Shown: piece by piece, positions 59,701-64,000 of the stretch
Position numbering within the stretch: the stretch's first letter is position 1
How the letters are laid out: each line of letters opens with the position of its first letter
Source of the DNA: Lama guanicoe
Lineage: Eukaryota
DNA length: 64,000 nt
Direction: 5' to 3'
Assembly (NCBI GenBank): GCA_013239625.1
Contig: MU053482.1
Span: 409,168 to 473,167, forward strand
Made by a program: the position numbers and the translations under genes
Notes under the pieces: generated by a model
The model's input: the letters and a program-made list of their open reading frames with translations, nothing else
Database searches by the model: none
What the model was told of the DNA's origin: nothing

Positions 59701-60111
59701 CAGCTCCACGACCCCTCAGCTTCCTAGCCTTGCCTGACCAGTTTCTGGCGCCTCTAGGTGGTGAACGTCCCCAATCCCACAGTACCAGAGACGGGGCTGC
59801 TGCTGATTGGGCTACAGCTCCGGAATGCCGAGTGGGACCCACTTGCCGGGGCCTTGCAGGACAGTTCCTCCCGTCAGCCCAGCCCTCTGCCTCCCGTCAG
59901 CGTCAGCATCAGTGCCCAGGCCTTGGGGGCCAACGACCTGCCCCCAGCAGGCCTGGCTGTGTATTCCTGTCCTGTGTACATGGAAGGGCCCCTCGGCACC
60001 ACCAGGCTGCACAGCAGGAAGATCCTGATGCACCTGCCCCTGCCCACAAAGCTCAGCCCTGCCACCTGCGTCCAACGGAGAGTCCACGTGTGCAGCCCAC
60101 CCCTGACCTGA
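175..60111 (+). CDS. DNHD1: Dynein heavy chain domain-containing protein 1, full spliced CDS (43 coding exons, ~4,753 aa)
   Basis: Exon translations match recalled mammalian DNHD1 (PTVLELL..ELRTLFSAVLQD, FPRLFFLSDSELVALL, YNYEYLG, GPAGSGKT, C-terminal VYSCPVY..PLPTKLSPATCVQRRVHVCSP). All 42 introns have GT/GC..AG ends with matching phases; exon lengths sum to 14,262 nt. Confidence 0.96.
492..1308 (+). CDS. DNHD1: DNHD1 coding exon 2
   Basis: Acceptor aagcAG 491; donor AA|GTAAGT 1309; ORF 479..1312 translation. Confidence 0.88.
2445..2508 (+). mobile_element. L1 extreme 3' end with poly(A)
   Basis: TTGACACAACACTGTAAA..CTATAACTCAATAAAAAAA; short AAGTATA duplication on both sides. Confidence 0.65.
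2719..2748. repeat. (GT)15 microsatellite
   Basis: Direct reading. Confidence 0.95.
2870..2952 (+). mobile_element. tRNA-derived SINE (camelid Vic-1-like)
   Basis: GGGGAGGGTATATCTCAGTGGTA (A box) ... GGTTTGATCCCC (B box) plus A-rich tail. Confidence 0.85.
3767..4065 (-). pseudogene. NUMT: decayed mitochondrial 16S rRNA (domain V) fragment
   Basis: Reverse complement contains GATGTTGGATCAGGACATC (3840-3858) and AGGGATAACAG (3906-3916), collinear with recalled mt-16S; many substitutions. Boundaries approximate. Confidence 0.9.
4727..4900 (+). CDS. DNHD1: DNHD1 coding exon 3
   Basis: ctgcAG / AG|GTGAGA; SLLDSEVPREK..APSRYFR. Confidence 0.93.
5480..5690 (-). mobile_element. MIR
   Basis: Core GAGGTTAAGTAACTTGCCCAAGGCCACA. 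Confidence 0.75.
5830..7130 (+). mobile_element. ERVL-type LTR (LTR33/41-like) plus start of internal region
   Basis: TG start, ATTAAA near LTR end (~6404), then TGGTATCATGAGTGGTCCCAGGA resembling an ERVL primer-binding site and degenerate internal sequence; family from memory. Confidence 0.55.
8925..9105. mobile_element. Tc2-type MITE (MER104-like)
   Basis: TTTCTAGGATGCACATTTTT..GCATCTTAGATTTGATGGAA inverted ends; related copy at 29263-29470. Confidence 0.55.
9368..9571 (+). CDS. DNHD1: DNHD1 coding exon 4
   Basis: tttaaAG / TG|GTAGGT; PYSLTVVPPDKVNPEHYIF. Confidence 0.93.
9652..9762 (+). CDS. DNHD1: DNHD1 coding exon 5
   Basis: ccgtAG / AG|GTGAGG; WKKSVKL..GLLHISR. Confidence 0.93.
9940..10129 (-). 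mobile_element. 5'-truncated L1 3' end with target-site duplication
   Basis: Poly(T) plus L1 3'UTR; TSD TATCCTTGTAGTCTTTT at 9923 and 10130. Confidence 0.85.
10465..10822. mobile_element. hAT-Charlie fossil (MER102-like)
   Basis: Terminal inverted repeats GCGTTGCAAACT / AGTTTACAACCT; internal GGGAATATAGGTCCAG and AAAACACTGTGCTGGCCAA. Confidence 0.6.
11583..11739 (+). CDS. DNHD1: DNHD1 coding exon 6
   Basis: ttccAG / CTG|GTAAGA; LLQELHSVPWLP. Confidence 0.93.
13210..14870 (-). mobile_element. Old L1M (3'UTR and degenerate ORF2)
   Basis: Minus-strand peptides TPYIKINLKWIIYLNVK..LAENIGEYLQDFG and KMFITTLFTV are L1 ORF2-like. Confidence 0.85.
14888..15009 (-). mobile_element. Younger L1 3' end nested in old L1
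   Basis: TSD TTATAAATGGTATTTTT at 14871 and 15010. Confidence 0.8.
17110..17485 (+). mobile_element. MaLR LTR (MLT1-like)
   Basis: TGTAACTCAGTTCTGGGCAATGA..AATAAACCTTTTACTTG..TTACTTGCAGCTGAATGCA. Confidence 0.55.
17560..17890 (+). mobile_element. L2 3' end
   Basis: CCTTCTCAGAGAGGCCTTC..TAGTAGGTGCTCAG..TTGTTGAATGAATGAA. Confidence 0.75.
19214..19468 (+). CDS. DNHD1: DNHD1 coding exon 7
   Basis: ggcAG / CAA|GTGAGG; IHEDTYHMQQ..FVANILQ. Confidence 0.93.
19578..19715 (+). CDS. DNHD1: DNHD1 coding exon 8
   Basis: ttacAG / AAG|GTATTC; APRQKPFLS. Confidence 0.92.
19849..19900 (+). CDS. DNHD1: DNHD1 coding exon 9 (52 nt)
   Basis: gtgaAG / AAG|GTATTT; VMQSTDPKTSWDPLYSE; needed to bridge phase 0 to phase 1. 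Confidence 0.85.
20091..20114. repeat. (TG)12 microsatellite
   Basis: Direct reading. Confidence 0.95.
21040..21318 (-). mobile_element. 5'-truncated L1 3' end with TSD
   Basis: TSD TGAAAGTGA(G/C)ACTATTT at 21023 and 21319. Confidence 0.85.
24130..25540 (-). mobile_element. Old L1M 5'/ORF1-region fragment
   Basis: T-rich degenerate L1 ORF1-like antisense sequence; boundaries approximate. Confidence 0.5.
26320..26740 (+). mobile_element. ERVL LTR (LTR16/33-like)
   Basis: 3' end CCTGCTTATCCTAGCTGGAGT..GAACCCTAACTAATA; family from memory. Confidence 0.5.
26808..26829. repeat. (TG)n microsatellite
   Basis: Direct reading. Confidence 0.9.
26919..27184 (+). CDS. DNHD1: DNHD1 coding exon 10 (GC donor)
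   Basis: cactAG / AAG|GCAAGA; EEDEEEDLDTEFVMPKFQG..QQALLK. Confidence 0.87.
27275..27518 (+). CDS. DNHD1: DNHD1 coding exon 11
   Basis: ccctAG / G|GTGAGT; GMLQEVQEFCR. Confidence 0.93.
28012..28520 (+). mobile_element. Tigger3-like DNA transposon fossil interrupted by an L1 insertion (28169-28474)
   Basis: CAGTTGGCCCCCTGTATC start, ACAACTATTTACATAGCATTTACA..AAGTAATCTAGAGATG; resumes at TAAAGTATACGGGAGGATGT. Confidence 0.7.
29120..29255 (+). mobile_element. MIR
   Basis: AAGTTATTTAACCTCTCTGAGCCTCAGTTTGCTTATCTGTAAAATAGGG. Confidence 0.8.
30149..30306 (+). CDS. DNHD1: DNHD1 coding exon 12
   Basis: ttcAG / AAG|GTGGGT; AKLENIRKDIL. Confidence 0.92.
30778..30903 (+). CDS. DNHD1: DNHD1 coding exon 13
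   Basis: ctgcAG / TTG|GTGAGA; LNEANERY..EALDIL. Confidence 0.9.
30992..31268 (+). CDS. DNHD1: DNHD1 coding exon 14
   Basis: ttacAG / G|GTACCG; LLDTWEAFQFEKSQ. Confidence 0.9.
32410..32516 (-). mobile_element. tRNA-derived SINE (Vic-1-like)
   Basis: Reverse complement of the 2870 family: GGGGATTGAACCCAGG..CTACCACTGAGCCATACCCTCCCC. Confidence 0.85.
32740..33235 (-). mobile_element. L2 fragment
   Basis: GGCCTCATTCAGAAGGTGACATTTGAGCAAGGGCTTGAA, typical antisense L2. Confidence 0.7.
33478..33605 (+). CDS. DNHD1: DNHD1 coding exon 15
   Basis: cacAG / AAG|GTGCTG; DTSPVPLPVCG..WKCMAFVK. Confidence 0.92.
33706..33904 (+). CDS. DNHD1: DNHD1 coding exon 16
   Basis: ctccAG / G|GTGGGT; FNLAMAQEKTDGW. 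Confidence 0.92.
34313..34407 (+). CDS. DNHD1: DNHD1 coding exon 17
   Basis: ctccAG / CAG|GTGGGG; LGLGSLHNTELLTLGQLL..ADRINQ. Confidence 0.92.
34932..35139 (+). CDS. DNHD1: DNHD1 coding exon 18
   Basis: ttccAG / G|GTGAGA; IWQCENERIHAQE. Confidence 0.93.
36555..36680 (+). CDS. DNHD1: DNHD1 coding exon 19
   Basis: ctcAG / G|GTGAGT; YSSLQDSIQESLQVL. Confidence 0.92.
36988..37085 (+). CDS. DNHD1: DNHD1 coding exon 20
   Basis: cacAG / CTG|GTAGGA; ALLEVWVSFQQKWIFL. Confidence 0.92.
37173..40059 (+). CDS. DNHD1: DNHD1 coding exon 21 (2,887 nt; linker, AAA1, AAA2)
   Basis: 969-aa ORF with FPRLFFLSDSELV, FHWARQLKYH, YNYEYLG, GPDGVGKA, GPAGSGKT; cacAG / G|GTGCAG. Confidence 0.95.
40250..40427 (+). 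CDS. DNHD1: DNHD1 coding exon 22
   Basis: cgcAG / AG|GTATCT; FLFALIWGFGAHL. Confidence 0.9.
40591..40783 (+). CDS. DNHD1: DNHD1 coding exon 23
   Basis: gagcAG / CAG|GTGTGA; LWPFFDTFLRD..VFDLHV. Confidence 0.88.
41008..41296 (+). CDS. DNHD1: DNHD1 coding exon 24 (AAA3 P-loop)
   Basis: ctgcAG / G|GTGAGG; PVLLAGEAATGKS, FLLEDLH. Confidence 0.93.
42743..42787. repeat. 16-bp tandem repeat GAAGAGATTTCAACAG x~2.8
   Basis: Direct reading. Confidence 0.9.
42880..44050 (+). mobile_element. Old L1M ORF1-region fragment abutting the exon 25 acceptor
   Basis: AAATGGAAATTTTAGAACTG..AATACAATAACTGA, AATTGGAGTTTCAGAAGG, AAATAAAGATATTTCAGATA are L1M ORF1-type motifs. Confidence 0.75.
43610..43790 (+). mobile_element. 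tRNA-derived SINE (Vic-1-like) inserted in old L1
   Basis: GGAGGGCATAGCTCAGTGGTAGAG..GGTTCTAGCC with A-rich tail. Confidence 0.85.
44066..45659 (+). CDS. DNHD1: DNHD1 coding exon 25 (1,594 nt; AAA3 lid, AAA4)
   Basis: 551-aa ORF with PHYRFSL, VRLWLHEAQRTFCDRL, GARGTGRR; ctgcAG / AG|GTGAGG. Confidence 0.95.
45860..46068 (+). CDS. DNHD1: DNHD1 coding exon 26
   Basis: cacAG / G|GTGAGC; SIDRYEPW. Confidence 0.92.
46265..46469 (+). CDS. DNHD1: DNHD1 coding exon 27
   Basis: ttgcAG / CG|GTGAGG; VTPKTFLDFLDTF. Confidence 0.92.
46544..46646 (+). CDS. DNHD1: DNHD1 coding exon 28
   Basis: ctccAG / GAG|GTAAGG; IQNALGNLRML (stalk coiled coil). Confidence 0.92.
47567..47724 (-). mobile_element. tRNA-derived SINE (Vic-1-like)
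   Basis: T-rich tail then GGGTATCGAACCCAGG..CTACCACGGAGCTATATCCTCCCC. Confidence 0.85.
48940..49960 (-). mobile_element. L2 fragment
   Basis: Purine-rich antisense L2 (GTGCAAAGGCCCCAAGGCA, AAGTCAAGGGAGGAAAATGTTTCAAG). Confidence 0.6.
50226..50375 (+). CDS. DNHD1: DNHD1 coding exon 29
   Basis: cacAG / CAG|GTGGGC; ECQQQENLIEKL. Confidence 0.88.
50625..50807 (+). CDS. DNHD1: DNHD1 coding exon 30 (microtubule-binding domain)
   Basis: atttAG / CAG|GTAGGG; EIRSYRAPPESV..WASAKQLL. Confidence 0.93.
50939..51370 (+). CDS. DNHD1: DNHD1 coding exon 31
   Basis: cccAG / CAG|GTAACC; AASLAAWLWAV. Confidence 0.93.
51538..52009 (+). CDS. DNHD1: DNHD1 coding exon 32
   Basis: tccAG / G|GTAAAG; GDALLCSAAVVYLGPF, RWPLLLDPSNQALIW. 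Confidence 0.93.
53058..53566 (+). mobile_element. Solo MaLR LTR (MLT1D/E-like)
   Basis: TG...CA ends (TGTGGTAGGCAG / GGAAATGAATACA), internal AATAAA, perfect 5-bp TSD CCAAA at 53053 and 53567. Confidence 0.9.
53629..53730 (-). mobile_element. tRNA-derived SINE (Vic-1-like, internal deletion)
   Basis: GGGGATTGAACCC..CTACCACTGAGCTATACCCTTCCC; flanked by the direct repeat TTAAACACTTAAT. Confidence 0.8.
54301..54579 (+). CDS. DNHD1: DNHD1 coding exon 33 (Glu-rich)
   Basis: cacAG / G|GTGAGA; acidic tract then SGSDPELGPQLREAAA. Confidence 0.9.
54806..54958 (+). CDS. DNHD1: DNHD1 coding exon 34
   Basis: cgcAG / G|GTGAGG; HPVLLTNME..FCLYLST. Confidence 0.91.
55136..55314 (+). CDS. DNHD1: DNHD1 coding exon 35
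   Basis: ttcaAG / GAG|GTGCGT; LEEKMLHEILCVECPELE. Confidence 0.9.
55445..56407 (+). CDS. DNHD1: DNHD1 coding exon 36
   Basis: cgcAG / CAG|GTCTGC; LQKLILWRVLRPE. Confidence 0.92.
56608..56794 (+). CDS. DNHD1: DNHD1 coding exon 37 (AAA6)
   Basis: cccAG / G|GTGGGT; GHWLVLENCHL. Confidence 0.93.
56969..57091 (+). CDS. DNHD1: DNHD1 coding exon 38
   Basis: cctAG / G|GTGAGG; VHRDFRLWL. Confidence 0.9.
57178..57379 (+). CDS. DNHD1: DNHD1 coding exon 39
   Basis: cacAG / TG|GTGAGG; LHGLLLHRQLYG. Confidence 0.92.
58154..58245 (+). CDS. DNHD1: DNHD1 coding exon 40
   Basis: cccAG / G|GTGAGA; SQVTLTQALQ. Confidence 0.9.
58408..58557 (+). CDS. DNHD1: DNHD1 coding exon 41
   Basis: ctcAG / G|GTAAGC; SVFYGGLVGDDKDR (dynein YGG.V.D.D.R motif). 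Confidence 0.92.
58779..59566 (+). CDS. DNHD1: DNHD1 coding exon 42
   Basis: ccaAG / CAG|GTATCT; FHLSAFCHPRRLL. Confidence 0.92.
59758..60111 (+). CDS. DNHD1: DNHD1 final coding exon 43
   Basis: tctAG; GLQLRNAEWD, YSCPVY, stop TGA 60109-60111. Confidence 0.94.
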   Translation: MVNVPNPTVPETGLLLIGLQLRNAEWDPLAGALQDSSSRQPSPLPPVSVSISAQALGANDLPPAGLAVYSCPVYMEGPLGTTRLHSRKILMHLPLPTKLSPATCVQRRVHVCSPPLT

Positions 60112-60123
60112 GCCCTCAGCCAA

Positions 60124-60129
60124 AATAAA
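60124..60129 (+). terminator. Polyadenylation signal AATAAA
   Basis: Canonical hexamer 12 nt after the stop, followed by GT-rich sequence. Confidence 0.75.
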
Positions 60130-60561
60130 GGGTGGAGTGATTTGATGACAGATTTCTGAGACTTAGAAGGAATGTAGGGTGTGTGCACACCAAGAATGTG
60201 ACGCAGAGGGGAGAGTACAGTGTGCACGAGAGAGAGGTCTGTTCACACTGAATGGAGAAGAGGGTGTGTGCCTGGCAGCTGGGGAGAGGAGAGTGTGGGT
60301 ACACTGGGGATATGGCCAGGTGTCAGTCATGTATCCAAGGGGCTAGGCAGATCTGGTGATGGCTAACACACACGGTCCTGAGTCCTTGCCCAGCTCTTGA
60401 CTGTGCTCTCAGCACTTGTGCTAAACCCACAAGAGACATTTTTAAAGGGAGAACATTAGAACTCCCAGATAATGTCTTCCGGCACTTAGTGGTATTGTTG
60501 GGAATGCCCCAGTCCTGCCCTACCAGCCATCGCCTTCCCTGGGATGGAACCTCTGAGTGAG

Positions 60562-60592
<31 letters not shown>
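60562..60592. repeat. (TC)4(CA)12-type compound microsatellite
   Basis: Direct reading. Confidence 0.9.
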
Positions 60593-61062
60593 AAAAACTA
60601 AGACACAAGGTCCTGTGTTCATTCAGTGATGATTTATGAGCGCTCCTCTGGACCAGGTGCTCGTCCAGGCACTGATGAGCTGGTTCTAATGCCAAGAGAC
60701 GAACAATAAATAAAAGGCCAACATATAAATGAGTTAAATTTGATTATTTTTAAGTGCTATAAAGAAACTACAGTAGGCTGATGTGTTAGAGTGACTAGAG
60801 GAGAGCAGTTAATCTAGTTTGGGTGGTCAGGGAAGCCTTGCTGACTATCTGAAAGGGAGCGATTTGAAGATCTAGGAGTGTTTCAGGGACAGCCCTCAGT
60901 AGATGCCAAGGTCTTGAGGCAGAACAGCCTTGGGGTATTCAACAAACAGAGTGTGTAGCTGGACCACGGAGTGAGGGGCAGAGTGGACCAAAAGGATGCA
61001 AAGGTATATAGAAAGGGAAGGATCACATATAGCCTTTTCAGGATAATGAGCTTGTATTTTTT

Positions 61063-62026
61063 TAAACTGAAGTATAGTTGATTTCTAATGTAAGTTTCTG
61101 GCGTACAGCACAGTGATTCAGTTATACATATATATATATATTCATATTCTTCATTATAGGTTATTACAAGCATTTGAATATAGTTCCCTGTAATATACAG
61201 TAGGTCCTTGTTTATCTATTTTGTATATAGTAGTTTGTAGCTGCAAATCCCAAACTCCTAATTTAGTCCCCACTCCCCACTGCCCCGGCTTTCCCTTTTG
61301 GTAACCATAAGTCTGTTTTCTGTGTCTATAAGTCTGTTTCCGTTTTGTAAATAAGCTCATTTGTGCCATTTTTTTAGATTCCACATATAAGTGATATCAT
61401 ATGGTATTTGTCTTTCTCTGATTACTTTACTTAGTATGATAATCTCCAGGTCCATCCATGTTGCTGCAAATGGCATTATTTCCTTCTTTTTTATGACTAA
61501 CATTCCATTATATGTATAATGGAATATATATATCACATCATCTTTGCTCATTCATCTGTCAATGGACATTTAGGCTGTTTCCATGTCTTGGCTGTTGTAA
61601 ATAGTGCTGCTATGAACACTGGGGTACATGTATCTTTTTTGAGTTAGAGTTTTCTCTGAACATATGCCCAGGAGTGGGATTGCTAGATCATATAGTAGGT
61701 CTATTTTCAGTTTTTAAGGAATTGCCATACTGTTTTCCATAGTGGTTGCACCAAACTACATTCCCACCAGCAGTGTAGGAAGGTTCCCTGTTCTCCACAC
61801 CCTCTCCACCATTTATTGTTTGTGGACTTTGAATGATGGTCATTCTCACTGGTGTGAGGTGATACCTCATTGTAGTTTTGATTTGCATTTCTCTGGTTTT
61901 AGTGATACTGAGGATCTTTTCATGTGCCTGTTGGCCATTTGCAAGTCTTTATTGGAGAGATGTCTCTTAGGTCTTCTGTCCATTTTTTGATTGGGTTGTT
62001 TTTTGTTACTGAGTCGTATGGACTTT
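61063..62026 (-). mobile_element. 5'-truncated L1 (ORF2 C-terminus and 3'UTR) inserted in L2
   Basis: MQIKTTMRYHLTPVRM and EIMPFAATWMDLEIIILS peptides; TSD AGCTTGTATTTTTT at 61049 and 62027. Confidence 0.92.
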
Positions 62027-64000
62027 AGCTTGTATTTTTTAAAAGCATAAGGAGGAATCTATTGGAGACTATTAGGTGGGAAATGATCTTTTTCAAAGAT
62101 CACTGTGACTTTTCTATGGTGGGTGGGTGGATGGAATGGAAGGAATCCAGAGTAACAGGGAGAAAGATTTGTTTGGAGGCTTTTGAAGTAATTCAAGTGA
62201 GAGATGATGGAGTCTGGACCAGGGTCATAACAGTGGAGATGAAGAACTGATGGATTTAGGACATACTGTGGAGGCAAAGCCAGCAGAACTTGTTGATGGA
62301 CTGAATGTGAAGTGTGAGTGAAGGGGACAAGTCTAGGATGACTCCTAGATTTTAAGCTTGAGTAACTGGGTGAATCATGGCATCAGCTGAGACAGGAAAT
62401 ATGAGGGAGACAGGTTGGGGGTGGGGAATCAGGAGTTCCGCTTTGATATGTTCAGTTGTAACTAGCTGCATAACTGCTTGCTACCCGAGGGCAAACCTCT
62501 CTGATAAAAGTTGAGTTAGAGTACAGCAGAGCTGAAAGCCAACACCAGCTCCCCAGCTTGCCCCCACGTATCAAAACTTACTAACTACAACTTAACTTCC
62601 CTCGCTGTCTGGCTAGGTACAAGCTACACCGTGGAGGAAATGCAAATGAAGCACAGACTTGAGTATCGGTGCACAACCTCCTCACAGTCACCCGCTGGCT
62701 AGTGACTGCGGTGCAACCATGTCCTTTAACAAAAGGCTGAGCAAAGAGGCAAAAACTTGCACTTTCCTCAGAAACCCCTCCCTTTTCTTTTCCACAGTCA
62801 ACCAGGGGCATGGCTGTTCCTTTAGGAGAAGAGATTAGCAGAGTATCAAAGAAGTCCTTGTGGGTAAATGAACCCCTGTCCCTACGTACCGTCACTACTA
62901 TTTCCCCCAGCGAGAACAGGGAACAGCAGTGATATACGAGTAAACTGGTTTGTACAGAATGTTTTCTACAAATCCACATCATTCTCTAGACCGCAATTTA
63001 TTCTTTTTTTTCTTTTACCTAGTGTTTCTTTTACCTAGTGTTTCTTTCTTTTTTTTTAATTGCAGCTTTATTGAGGCATAACTGACTGAAATTCATTCTT
63101 GAATTATGCCAAGCACATTCTGCTAGTAAACTCAGTAAATTACAGATTCTGAGTACCATATGACAGCATAGCTCAAATACAATGACTGCATCCGATTTCA
63201 CTGTTGAAACTATCTACCAGATAAATTAAAATCTCATTAGGAAAATAAAGTGTCAAACAGTGAAAGGAAGGAAGAAATAGACACATGGCAAAGGGGAGAA
63301 ATATGTCCCATCCTGTCCTGACAGATGGGGTAGTGGGAGGTGAACGAGACAGGGAGGGAGGAAAATGACCAAATCAAATCGACCTGATCTGGGACTTTGG
63401 GATGGAGCAGTCAACTGAGGTGCTGAGGGCAAGGAGACTTTTGCCCTTTTCCCTACTGGGACTTCAGAAGGGAACTGCCCTGCAGCACGGACTTACTGTG
63501 GCCCCAAGAGCATTAAGAAGGCAGAGAAGCATGGACAGGAAGAAGTGTCCCTTGATCCCTACATGGTGTGGAAACTGAACAGAGACCTGTTAGGTTCAGT
63601 GGAGTATGAGGCAGAGAATCACTGAGGTCTGCAGCACTAAACAGAGTTACTGAGAGGAAGCCAAACTGGCAGGGAGGTGGGGCACAAGGCCCTGACAGCT
63701 GAGAAAGACAAGACTCCAAATTCATCAGCTTCAGAAGCAAATGTTGGCAGGACGCCCAAGTGTGGAACTGGGCCAACCATACCCAGAGGACTGCAGCTTG
63801 TGCACACCCAAGAACCAGTATTAGGCCAGGGGACCCCTTCCTTTTGACATCACAATGCCACATAAGCCCTCCTCTCCATACCCTGCTGACACGTTGGAGA
63901 GGAGCAAAGTAGAATGCTCAGAATTTGAAATCCTGAGCATGTATTTCAAAGAGAATAAATGAAGCCTAAAGAGACTGAGCCAAATTTATTTCTAGCCTCT

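Noticed and set aside
61154..61990. ORFs downstream of DNHD1 as a new gene
   Set aside because: Fragmented L1 ORF2/3'UTR inside a TSD-bounded insertion.
62640..62647. Octamer ATGCAAAT in an unassigned block (62455-63000)
   Set aside because: A single 8-mer is expected by chance in 64 kb; no snRNA or promoter context recognised.

Overview
Mammalian genomic DNA, most likely camelid (inferred from five copies of a tRNA-derived SINE resembling the camelid Vic-1 family; no pig PRE-1 or ruminant Bov-type SINEs seen). Almost the whole window is one + strand gene, DNHD1 (dynein heavy chain domain 1). By hand I traced 43 coding exons from ATG 175 to TGA 60109-60111 with consistent intron phases: 14,262 nt, about 4,753 aa. 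An AATAAA follows 12 nt after the stop. Introns hold L1, L2, MIR, MLT/ERVL LTRs, DNA-transposon fossils, SINEs, microsatellites and a decayed mitochondrial 16S rRNA insertion (NUMT). I found no convincing wholly new biological system. The best leads are a degenerate AAA1 with a retained microtubule-binding domain, exon junctions that regenerate a 5' splice site, a GC-AG intron, an 88-nt intron matching a segment I recall as coding in human, the NUMT, a chimeric L1 insertion, and an unexplained AT-rich intronic island. Comparisons with human/mouse DNHD1 and repeat family names are from memory and need database confirmation.
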